Positions 54,179 to 64,000 are shown, counted from the first letter of the stretch. The stretch: DNA of 64,000 nt from Amoeboaphelidium occidentale (GCA_023515795.1 JALGPX010000040.1:1-64000), one strand, 5' to 3'. Notes: generated by a model from the sequence alone, not told the origin. Translations and numbers: made by a program.

Positions 54179-56488
54179 ATGGCTCAGAACACTGGAATTA
54201 GCTCAAAAGCTATCTGGTCAACTGTTGCTCTTGTTGTGATTCACACAAGTATCAATATTGTCTATAAGTCCAGCCAAATCGGGGGCCTTTACACTTTCAG
54301 TCCAGCCGGATCTTTGGTTGCGTCTGAGTTATGTAAATTCCTACTAAGCCTGGTACTGCTGCTGAGATTTTCAAGTAAAGAAGAACAAGATGCTCTATGG
54401 GGATTAATTTCGATGAAAAGTTCTGCTTCTAGTAAGCCTTCTTTGCTTCCTACATCTGGAAGCACTAATCAAGCTAATCCAGAATCAATTGGATCAACCT
54501 TGTTAAAAGTTTTGGTGTTGGCCGGTCTATATGCCATCAATAATAACTTGGCCTTTTACCTGTTCTCTCTGTCTGATCCTGCGACTATCACACTTTTTAA
54601 GAGCATTTCCGCTTTTAGCACCGCTCTTGCTCTCTACTTCGCCTTGGGAAGGCCGATTACAAAGATTCAATGGTTTGCAGTCATGTTTCAGTGCTCCGGA
54701 TTAGTTGTATTCCAGTACAATCCATGCAAAGGCGTTCCATTGTACGATTCTACTACTTATCTTTTACTTCTGTTGGCTGTATGTATAACTACTGTTACCA
54801 GTGTTTGGAACGATTTCTTGCTGAAATCTACCAATTTGTCTCTAAACTGCGTGAATCTCTTTCTGTATGGATTTGGCGTCATATATAATTGTGGTTTCTT
54901 TTTGCAAGAAAGATGGAAGGGTGGCCCAGGTTTGTTTGAAGGATACACTGCTCAAGCATGCTTGGTGGTGTTCTTAAACTCTATTATTGGAATAGCGATT
55001 TCACTGGTTTACAAGTATGGTGATGCTCTTGTGAAAACATTTGCTTCAGCGATCACTGCTGTTAATTTACTCATTGCAAGTAGTATTTTGTTTGGAATGC
55101 AAACGCATTTATTGACCTGGGTTGGTGCTTTAGTAACTGTTTTGGCTACATACATGTATGTCAGTGTGCCTTCTACGAACGTTCCGAATGACACTAGTAA
55201 AGGCGAAACAAACAAAGGCGCAGATCACAGTCTTTCAAAGCCAACAAAAACCCCTTCGTCTAGAATCTCGTCGTACGTTTTCGCTACGATCGCTGGTTAT
55301 TGTTTCTTGTCGCTAGGATTGTTTTACGGCTTAACATTTGCTCCAAAGAATCCCGCAGTGCATTTTGTGGATAACAGCGATAATTACATAACTGATCAAA
55401 ATCCTTCAGTTTACAATTGGCCTGTTTGCGCTGTTATAAAAATGAAATCACAACCTTCGGCTGAGAGGGTTGCTCCCATTAAGCTTGCGTTCGATCTCAA
55501 TGAAATACTATACACAATAGTGGAGGATGAAACGGTGCCACCATACCACTGGGCAATTGAATTTAAGAATGGTTCCACTTCTAATTGTGATGGGGATACT
55601 ATCGCCAAATATGCGCTGGATAATGTGGATTCTTGCGAGGACGTCAACACTAAGTTATTCAATTGGAGCGATAAGTACTTTAAAACTTCATGGAACGCAG
55701 AATTCATCAAGTTTTCGTCAAAAGGAATCCAGGCTGTTGAGAAAAATTTGCTGTCAACCGCAAGTTACAAGCGCTTGATGGAACTACAAAATTCTGGGAA
55801 GATGTTTTCAATTCCATATGCTAGCGGCTATTATGCTGAAGGTGAGCCTGTGCCTTTGATTGAAAAAAAGGCTATATTTTCAACTTTAAGTCACCATGTT
55901 GTAACGACTACCGGAAATGCTCGTATGGAGCTGTACAATCTTATAAATGCAAGCTTTCCAGCAGACGAGCGCATTCAAATGCACATAATTGATTCTCGCG
56001 GAAGTATTAAGAAAACAAAGGGGGAATGGTACGAGAACACGATATTTAGTTCTCCCATTTTAGAAGGGAAGAATCCTTATAATTCTGTTGCATTTAGAGA
56101 GTTTGTCCAAAATTCTTGGTTTTGGCTGAACTTAGGTGGAATTGGGTTTTCACAGCCGAACCGCCTTGAAGTTGCCTGTAGATTTCGTGCGGCAGTGGTT
56201 TCAGATGTCATATACGCCGAATGGGCTCAAGATTTTCCGGCGTATTACCTATCTGTTGACACGGAACTTCATAAAATGGACACCGACCTGGTTCGTCGTG
56301 AGATGAAGCTTTTGGTGGAAAATTACAAAGAAATATACGGTGATTTGTGGCCTAAACAAGAAGAGTGGTGTCACACACGGTTCTGGCCCCGAAACTGGCT
56401 GCACTACATGTTGCGTGAATTGCCAAACCAACCATTGAAGCATGTTTTAAGGAAAGACACAGCGGCCATGAAGTTCTATTACCCTTGA
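54179..56488 (+). CDS. SLC35A-type nucleotide-sugar transporter fused to a TM-anchored glycosyltransferase-like domain (769 aa, intronless)
   Basis: About 10 TMs with NST motifs (SELCKFLLS, LYAINNNL, DPAT, IQWFA, GIAISLVYKYGDALVKTFA). An extra TM (YVFATIAGYCFLSLGLFYGL) precedes an approximately 380-aa soluble domain. That domain has SWFWLNLGGIG.SQPNRLE.....AVVSD, resembling the GT47/GT-B donor-binding motif. Confidence 0.8.
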   Translation: MAQNTGISSKAIWSTVALVVIHTSINIVYKSSQIGGLYTFSPAGSLVASELCKFLLSLVLLLRFSSKEEQDALWGLISMKSSASSKPSLLPTSGSTNQANPESIGSTLLKVLVLAGLYAINNNLAFYLFSLSDPATITLFKSISAFSTALALYFALGRPITKIQWFAVMFQCSGLVVFQYNPCKGVPLYDSTTYLLLLLAVCITTVTSVWNDFLLKSTNLSLNCVNLFLYGFGVIYNCGFFLQERWKGGPGLFEGYTAQACLVVFLNSIIGIAISLVYKYGDALVKTFASAITAVNLLIASSILFGMQTHLLTWVGALVTVLATYMYVSVPSTNVPNDTSKGETNKGADHSLSKPTKTPSSRISSYVFATIAGYCFLSLGLFYGLTFAPKNPAVHFVDNSDNYITDQNPSVYNWPVCAVIKMKSQPSAERVAPIKLAFDLNEILYTIVEDETVPPYHWAIEFKNGSTSNCDGDTIAKYALDNVDSCEDVNTKLFNWSDKYFKTSWNAEFIKFSSKGIQAVEKNLLSTASYKRLMELQNSGKMFSIPYASGYYAEGEPVPLIEKKAIFSTLSHHVVTTTGNARMELYNLINASFPADERIQMHIIDSRGSIKKTKGEWYENTIFSSPILEGKNPYNSVAFREFVQNSWFWLNLGGIGFSQPNRLEVACRFRAAVVSDVIYAEWAQDFPAYYLSVDTELHKMDTDLVRREMKLLVENYKEIYGDLWPKQEEWCHTRFWPRNWLHYMLRELPNQPLKHVLRKDTAAMKFYYP

Positions 56489-56654
56489 AATTTTGCACAT
56501 GAACTAGCAGTTCTTTTAGGACAAAAAATCGGCTATTGAAATAAATCTTACGGAACTATCTAAATGTCAAATGACGGACCTTGATCTATGCGCTCCGACC
56601 ATTTGTGAAGCAATAAGAGACCATCAAGTATTTGATCATCCGAATAGTTTCGTT

Positions 56655-56691
56655 CATCAGGCGGTAGACTTAAGAAACTTTATAGAATCCG
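56655..56691 (+). repeat. Right copy of the 37-bp direct repeat
   Basis: catcaggcggtagacttaagaaactttatagaatccg; 35/37 identical to 51384-51420, and the first 26 nt are exact. Confidence 0.9.
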
Positions 56692-56780
56692 ATGACTTTA
56701 CGTGATCTTGTCGAATGGGCCACATGTTCGGCTGGGTTTTGCTGCTTTTGATTGGGACCCTCAATTAAAGTATCACATGC

Positions 56781-58556
56781 ATGCGATTTTATATCAGCAC
56801 CACTTATATTCTAATATGGTGGTGGGTTTTGGTCTCTTTATCGTGGTGTTCAGATGAGAACGAGGAGAACGCTTATCCGGAAGATAAGGCTTTTGAGGTT
56901 CTACGACGCGTAATTCATCATCAACACCAGGCTGGAACGTTCAATGAGGACTTTAAACCGTTGACTGCTGTGTCTAATTCTGTGAGGATGGAAATTCCCT
57001 TGAATTCACCGTTGGGCTGGAAATATCATCGCCAAACGATCCGAGAAGTGTGTCCTGCAGCCTTCAGAGAAAAAGTCTTTAGAGAATTGTTTCACGAAAG
57101 AATTGCTTATTCTTCAAGGGATAATCCCAGCACTGATAGCTCGTACATGAAGAGAGATATCAGAAGATACTTTGGAGGCATGCTTTTCTCTCAGTTTGAT
57201 CATTGCTTGCAGATGATTACCAGATACTGCCAGCTTGAGGGCACTGCTAATAATAAGCAAGGAAGTCTTAGTTTGGTCAGTGAATCGAGTGAATCGACTA
57301 AGATTATTCTCCGGAAGAGTGTCAAAGGTCTAATTTCTGCTTGTCCCGTTCGCCTTCAAATTGTTTACGGGGATCTCCGTCTACTTGCGCATGAAAACGA
57401 AATACTGACTTTGTTAAAGTCTATTGAACTTGTTTTCGATCGAAATCCTCTTTTGGGAACTGTGCGCCTTCCTAAGGTTACGGACCTGTCGTTATTTTTT
57501 ATTGACGATAGAATCACGTTTGACATGAAGCAGATGCTCGATTACACATTTGATGCTACGAAAATGGAAACGATACACATATCTTTTCTTGAAAGTTATT
57601 GTGACCGCACTTCTCATGTTGCTTCTATTGCGCAATTCATTCAGAAATGCAAGAAATTATCAAGTTTAAATGTATTATCGCATTATTGTGTCCATGTTGA
57701 TGCAATTATCAATTCTGCTCCGACAACTATCAACCATTTTACGATATCAGGTATTCTTATGAAGCCCTCAACTGTTGGGTCTCTGGACAATTTTTTTGAA
57801 CGGGCTATTCAGCTTCAAAGCCTGCGTTTAGATTACACCGATTCCACATCTGGTCACTTTCCGAAACTGCCCCGGAGCCTGAAAAGCCTGGCACTTTTAC
57901 CATCCAATTCTGAAATGCATGGAAGCATTCCACTTCAGCTGCAAGAAATGAATGCTTTGGAAAAACTTATGTCAAGCGTATCGTTTAAATTTAAAGAGTT
58001 TTACTTGAACATAACCGAGTCAGTCGAGGAGATCCATTTATTCAAAATTAGGTTCACAGACGATGAAGAATTACTAAATTTTTTGCGAAGATTTCAGGGC
58101 ATCACTTTCGAAAAACTTGGTTACGAACATGTGGATAAGGCACTCAAAGTGGTTCTTAACTCGGACAATATCAGATCTGTTGCGTTGCGTTCTTGTTACG
58201 TTTTTAATGATGTCTTTCCAATTAATGGAGCATCTCGAATTGAGAATCTGTCGATTGATAACTATATTGGAAACGATGACCGGATTACCCGCTTTGCTTC
58301 AAATGTAGCTAAAGCATTCAAGAGGATGCCAAATCTCAATGCGTTTTCGTTTCAAAGCCACGACGAATATCTCGTATTCGCACCAATTCATGAAATTATG
58401 AGAATGTTGGCCCGGGTGCCCTCTTTAGTTTATGTGGACATTTTTGTGAACGAGTGGAAGTACAGCAAGATGGATCGTATGATGAAGAATACTTTCGACA
58501 AGTCGCTTACAAAACTGTGGAATGAGCGCAAAGATTTGATTATCATTGGCCGCTAA
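56781..58556 (+). CDS. Predicted secreted protein with a degenerate leucine-rich-repeat (RNI-like) C-terminal region (591 aa)
   Basis: Hydrophobic N-terminus (YILIWWWVLVSLSWC) and LxxLxL-type repeats (KKLSSLNV, QLQSLRLD, SLKSLALL, RIENLSID, MPNLNAFSF, VPSLVYVDI). Intronless. Confidence 0.6.
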   Translation: MRFYISTTYILIWWWVLVSLSWCSDENEENAYPEDKAFEVLRRVIHHQHQAGTFNEDFKPLTAVSNSVRMEIPLNSPLGWKYHRQTIREVCPAAFREKVFRELFHERIAYSSRDNPSTDSSYMKRDIRRYFGGMLFSQFDHCLQMITRYCQLEGTANNKQGSLSLVSESSESTKIILRKSVKGLISACPVRLQIVYGDLRLLAHENEILTLLKSIELVFDRNPLLGTVRLPKVTDLSLFFIDDRITFDMKQMLDYTFDATKMETIHISFLESYCDRTSHVASIAQFIQKCKKLSSLNVLSHYCVHVDAIINSAPTTINHFTISGILMKPSTVGSLDNFFERAIQLQSLRLDYTDSTSGHFPKLPRSLKSLALLPSNSEMHGSIPLQLQEMNALEKLMSSVSFKFKEFYLNITESVEEIHLFKIRFTDDEELLNFLRRFQGITFEKLGYEHVDKALKVVLNSDNIRSVALRSCYVFNDVFPINGASRIENLSIDNYIGNDDRITRFASNVAKAFKRMPNLNAFSFQSHDEYLVFAPIHEIMRMLARVPSLVYVDIFVNEWKYSKMDRMMKNTFDKSLTKLWNERKDLIIIGR

Positions 58557-58661
58557 TAGACTATACATGATTTTGTTCTGAGATATTAGCCTTCCGTTGC
58601 TAAGGTAATAGCGCGGTTAGCAAGAAGTCGGGACAAACAGTTTCAAACTCTCTAGTTGGGA

Positions 58662-61600
58662 ATGAACCAAAAGTTATTAGGAACCTGTCTCCTACTAGCT
58701 TTCCTAAGCTGTATTATTGCTTCTCTTAACCATGAGAAAAGCTTTTTGTTACAAGAAGGTGCTGCCACTGTTTGGGCTATCGCAATTTACAAGGAATCGA
58801 TCTTACTGACTGCCGTTAATGATATCGTCCAAAAAGATATTGAAACCGGCGCAATACAAAGGACATTTCGAGGACATGCATCTACAATAAGCACATTTGT
58901 GGTCACAAATGACTCCAGGATGATGACATGTGGCTTGGATGACATGATCTTGGTTTGGAATTTGGAATCTGGTTCATTGGCAAAGAAGATATGGCTTGGA
59001 TCATCAGGAACATTTGTTACTAGTATTGATTTCAAGAATGATCTGGTGATATCAGGTGGAAATGATGGCAAATTAAGAAGTATCGATCTAGTGACAGGAC
59101 GAGTTACCACAATTTCAAGTAACTCTCTTCTTCCTTTCTCTCTAAAATGTAGGTTCGGCTGAATTCATCACCAAAGTTCTTCTTGACGACGAATTCGTAT
59201 ATGTCGCAAGAATAAGTGTTTTTAATAATCTCCAAAAATTGAAACTATCGAACTATGCTTCGGTCTTGAGGTTCCGAGGGCACACGAGTGTTGTGTACTC
59301 GCTGTATTTAGATGGACATGGTCTTTTTTCTTGTTCTTTGGATAGAACTATTATACTTTGGAACCCAAAAACAGGAGAGAAAATCAGAACTTTTCAAGTA
59401 CCATACGATGCAGTCAAAGATTTGACAGTTATTGACAACGAGTTGTACTCTGCAGGAAATGATCGAATGATTATATCATGGAATATCAACACTGGTTCTC
59501 AGATTAAATTCATTGTTGCTAATTCTCATTCAAACACAATCATGTGTTTTGCTTCAAGAGATCAAATATACTTCACCGGCTCTCAAGATACTACAGTAAT
59601 ACAGTGGAGTGCAAACTCTACTTTGCCTTTAACAATATATGCCAGTCGTCCATTAATTCTAAGACAGATTGGAATCTGGAAAAATTTTGTAATTAGTGCT
59701 GGCGAAGATACAGAAATAAGAATGTGGGACACTTCATTGAACAGCATTACTCCGTTAGCTGTATATTACGGACATTCTCGTCCTGTTAACTGCATTCAAG
59801 TTGTTGGCGATACATTTTTCTCTGGGAGTATCGATAAATCAATAAGGCACTGGTCTCTTAAGGAGCGAATATTGATTAGAATCTTAATTGGTAAAAATAT
59901 TATCTTCTTCTGAATTTTTAGGACATCAAAACACTGTCAACATTTTGGCTGCAAATGATGCATATTTGTTTTCTGGAGGCCAGGACTTGGTCGCAAAACA
60001 ATGGAAGGTATCCTCCGGCGACTACATTGCAGATTTTAGTGGGAACTCGGGAGCCATCATGGGGCTTCAAGCTACTATGGATACTCTTTTTACTGGTTCT
60101 GTGGATCAAAATGTCAGAATTTGGAACATTGTACCTCCTGAACTTACTCAAACGTTTTCAGGTATTAAATAGTCTTCCCTAACATAATCTGTAGCGAGCC
60201 AATCTATTTTGACACTCATATTGCTCGAGAACTCTGTTCTGGTTGGTCATTCAGGAGGTTTGCAAATGTTTTCAACATTAAGCGGGGCTACGCTGGTTAA
60301 CGTACGAGGTTAGTTAAACCCAGATTTGAGGCTAATTTGCAGAAACCAATAATTGTATCTGCTTGGCTTCAACATTTTCTCGTGTTTATAGCGGCCATAC
60401 GAATGGCCTGATTCATTCAAGAAACTCTGGTACTATCGAAATACTTGAAACGTTTCAAGGCCATCAAGATTCTGTATATCACATTAGCTTCGACGAAGCC
60501 TTAACACTTTACTCATCCAGCTTTGATGGCTCTATAAAGAAATGGAACACAATTACTCGTAAGGTTGCGTTTTCTTTTGAAACTCGGAATGGATCAGTTA
60601 CATGTTTGGCTGCTATTGAAAACATTATTTCTATCGGATCCAAGACGGGGTTAGTGAATTCTTTTTTTACTGACACTGCCATGCTGTGCAAATCTGTTAT
60701 TCATCACTCGAAAGAGGTTACATCTATTATTGCTATTAATGATACGCTTGTTTCGTCGGGGCTAGATGGTTTGATTGTCAGCAGCAAGGTTGCAAAGGAA
60801 CAAGATATCAGATCTCTTTTCAGTGCTGTTCCAAGTTCCTTAAGAAGTTTAATCAACAACAGGAATCGTTTGTTGGCGATAAAAGACGATTCTGATGTCC
60901 TTGTTCTTACATTTGGTGACTCTTGGAATCTACAGAAAAGCATTCCATCACCGTTTCCGTTGTTGTGCATAGCGGCGTATGAAAGCTTCATTATAGCAGG
61001 ATCAAAGTCGGGCCAATTACTTGCATGGGATCTGGAAAGCGAAACATTGGCATATAATCTCAGAGGCCATAATGCTCAAATTAACTCTCTTGTCGTTGAC
61101 AACCGATTGTTATACTCTGCATCAAACGATAAAGCTATAATTCAGTGGTCACTTGAAACATTTACTACCATGAAGGTGCTCCAGAGGTACTCTGCACGCG
61201 AACTCGGTCATTTGGGTCCTGTTAATTCACTAAGTCTTTGCAAGAATTTTCTGTTTTCTGGTGGTGCTGACTTGACAATTCGACGATGGAACACTATCTC
61301 TGGCAAGCATGAAGATGTTTACTTTGGACCTTCTAAAAGTGTTACTGCTGTTCTCTGCTATAATGACTCTATATTTGCTGGTAGCGAGGATTTCTCAGTA
61401 CTGATGTACAAACCAGAATTTATGGACGGCCCCTTAACAACTTCAATAAGTGTAACAACTCGAGGGTCTGGAACTAGAAGAGGGAAGATTGTTTTCAAAG
61501 CGAAAAGTACTGATCTTGCTTCCCCACAAAGAATGGAATGGATGATTGTTGTATTTGCAATCTTAGGACTTGTCATTTTAATCTTATCATCGGTATTCTA

Positions 61601-62628
61601 TCTCAAAATGTCCTCAAATCAAGCTCATAAAAACGCGAGGAAAAATAACACCGGATTAGACACAGAAGTCACAATTACAAATTTACAGACTGTTGTCAAT
61701 ACTGTTATGGGAATTTCAAGACATGCTGCCTACTTGATTGAAACTTCTGCAATTGCATCAACAAAGAAGATTGCTGTTGGAGGAGGCGGAGAATTGTATC
61801 TCGCAACTGTTATGGACCCTACTTTACGAAACAAGATTGGAAAAACAGTTATTCAGAAAATTGTATTCGTGAATAATGAAGCAGCCAAATATGCTTTTTA
61901 CCAAGAAGTTGGTATCATGATCATGTTATTACCATTTCCGAACTTTTGTCGTATACTCGCGTATACCGAGAAACCTTGTTCGATTTTACTGGAATATTAT
62001 GCTGATGGTTCTCTAAGCGAGTGGCTAAGAACCAGAAAATGCACACGAGCAATCGCATTGAAAGTTTTAAAGGAGATATCACAAGGACTGAACGTGATGC
62101 ACTCACATTACTTGGCACATTGTGATTTGAAATCTCAGAACGTTTTAGTTAAAGTTTTGAATGGGATTCCAACCTGTTTCATCACAGACTTTGGTATTAC
62201 TCAAATTCTTTCGGAAGCTATCATTGCTGCAAAAGCTTTCCACATCATCAACTTGAGAGGGCTTTCAGTACATTATGCCTCACCTGAAGCTTTCAAGAGT
62301 TTTAGAACCAAGAATTACAGCAAGACAAATTTCAAGATGTTTGATGTTTACTCATTTGGGTNACGTTTTAGTTAAAGTTTTGAATGGGATTCCAACCTGT
62401 TTCATCACAGACTTTGGTATTACTCAAATTCTTTCGGAATCTATCATTGCTGCGAAGAGTTTTCACATAATGAACCTGAGAGGACTTTCAGTACATTATG
62501 CCTCACCAGAAGCTTTCAAGAGTTTTAGAACCAAGAATTACAGCAAGACAAATTTCAAGATGTTTGATGTTTACTCATTTGGGTGTTTGGCTTATGAAGT
62601 TCAAAGCAGTAAAACGCCATGGACCTGA
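58662..62628 (+). CDS. Receptor-like protein kinase: signal peptide + many WD40 repeats + single TM + kinase domain (about 1203 aa, 5 exons)
   Basis: Introns 59119-59152, 59891-59921, 60162-60194 and 60309-60342 join the ORF fragments in frame. Many GH...D..I..W repeats; TM WMIVVFAILGLVILILSSVFYL. Kinase motifs: GGGGELY, QK, QEV, HCDLKSQN, DFG, YASPE, DVYSFG. Confidence 0.88.
62140..62584. repeat. 222-bp duplication around a single N (62140-62361 / 62363-62584) inside the kinase exon; assembly join of alleles or paralogs
   Basis: Copies are near-identical with several substitutions (SEAIIAAKAFHII vs SESIIAAKSFHIM). Confidence 0.85.
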
Positions 62629-63125
62629 AAAGAGTTGTAAAGATGCTTAATTATATTTGAATAGAGTCCTTTGAGATAACATGATGCGTCAAGGGTTTAA
62701 GCGCTGTGAATGTTCATGTTCGCAGCTTTCTTTCTTCCGAATTTCCAAACAGGCTTTTCTGTATCACTAGATCCGCGATTAGAGTAATGTCACAGCTAAT
62801 ATCCTCAGTATCAATCCTAAAGCCATTTTTTCGCTCCACAGTGGATGAAAACAGTGAGCGTGTGACCGAAGCAAAAGAAGAATGCCGAAGAAGGCCAAAG
62901 CTGCAAGCAAGGCAATCTCATTAAGTATCATTGTTAAAAAATTGAAACAGATAAGTAAGTGATCGTGAATGAGACTATGATCGAGTCCCACGACTAGTTG
63001 ATAATAGAAAACCTTTACTTTATTCATAAAGATCAGTCTTTACTCGAGGAATAGACTTTAAAATAGTTGGGAACTGTCGCCCGCTTAAATTTCAGCAAAC
63101 TTGCTTGTCTTTTCAACAACCGTGG

Positions 63126-64000
63126 ATGAAACTTCAAGACATTCTCAAGTGCTTGGTCCCAGCTGTGATAAGCCTATTGATCACAACTTTAGAACATGAG
63201 AAGAGCTTCCTTTTACAAGATGGTGCTTCCATAGTCAACACAATCGCCTTTTACAAAGACTCATTACTTTACACATCTTCCAATGATATTGTACAGAAAG
63301 ATATTGAAACCGGTTTAATCCAGAGAACATTCAGAGCTCACACCGGCACTATATACACTTTCATCGTTACTGATGATTTTAAAATGATCTCTTCGGCTTG
63401 GGACGATATGATCATAGTTTGGAGTTTGGAATCCGGCTCAGTCATGAAAAGGATTTGGCTCAAACCGCCCAACACTCAGCTTATGACTATATCATACCAG
63501 AGTGATCAGTTATATGTTGGTGGCTTGGATAAAAAGCTCAGACAAGTTGATCTTGTCACAGATAAAGTTGTGATCATGAAGAGTAACCAGATAACGGTCA
63601 TTAATTGATTTTCGTAGGCTACGGCGTTGACATATCTGCTGTTCTAGCAGTTGATGACAACTTGTATGTTGGCAAGACATATGACTCTACTCTTTTAGAA
63701 AAGATTTATATTCCTAACTCAAGCTTGATGTTGATATTTGAAGGGCATATCAGCTCGGTCGTGGTGCTCTATTACTCGAAATCAATGCTTTTCTCAGGAT
63801 CTGTTGATAGAAATATTATCAGCTGGAATGCAGAAAATGGTGCGCTGATCAGAATGTTTCAGCGACATTCGGATTTCGTATTATCATTGGTGGTTAATAA
63901 TGATGAACTTTACTCGACTGGGGCAGATAGACAAATTTTCCAATGGGATATAAACGATGGGATGATTAAAAGGATTTTTCCAATTACTCACACTGGCGCT
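63126..64000 (+). CDS. Paralogous signal peptide + WD40 gene, probably a second receptor-like kinase; runs off the window end
   Basis: HEKSFLLQ(D/E)GA...Y(K)(D/E)S.L....NDIVQKDIETG.IQRTFR.H is shared with the 58662 gene. Exon 1 has the same length (457 nt) and the same phase-1 intron position (63583-63617). Confidence 0.85.

Noticed and set aside
62680..62700. ...tgatgcgtcaagggtttaa resembling a piggyBac terminus
   Set aside because: Imperfect match to GGG-TTAA, and no partner inverted repeat or transposase nearby.
1..64000. rRNA, tRNA, snRNA, CRISPR arrays
   Set aside because: No cloverleaf, rRNA, snRNA or repeat-spacer pattern was recognised by eye. A tRNAscan-SE/Infernal run would be needed to exclude small RNAs.

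Overview
Gene-dense eukaryotic DNA in the standard genetic code, with very short GT-AG introns (31-58 nt in the models I built) and intergenic spacers often under 50 bp. The gene set is fungal-like (Mob2, Tao3, Cdc3 septin, Rcf2, Mvp1) but also includes TRAP-beta and an ANKRD26-like protein. This points to an early-diverging holomycotan (aphelid/rozellid/chytrid-like; inference). About 2.4-51.4 kb is mostly housekeeping genes. From about 51.4 kb the window is accessory. The standout is an intronless, divergent two-gene cassette bracketed by a 37-bp direct repeat (35/37 identical). One gene fuses a BcbE-like nucleotidyltransferase, a BcbF-like HAD phosphatase and an APH-like kinase. The other fuses an SLC35A-type nucleotide-sugar transporter to a type-II-anchored glycosyltransferase-like domain. 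Together they look like a self-contained 'make, import, transfer' glycosylation system. It is followed by a secreted LRR-like protein, a signal peptide-WD40-TM-kinase receptor-like gene and the WD40 N-terminus of a tandem paralog. Four N-containing junctions carry near-identical flanking duplications that are probably assembly artefacts. No rRNA, tRNA or CRISPR array is supported.
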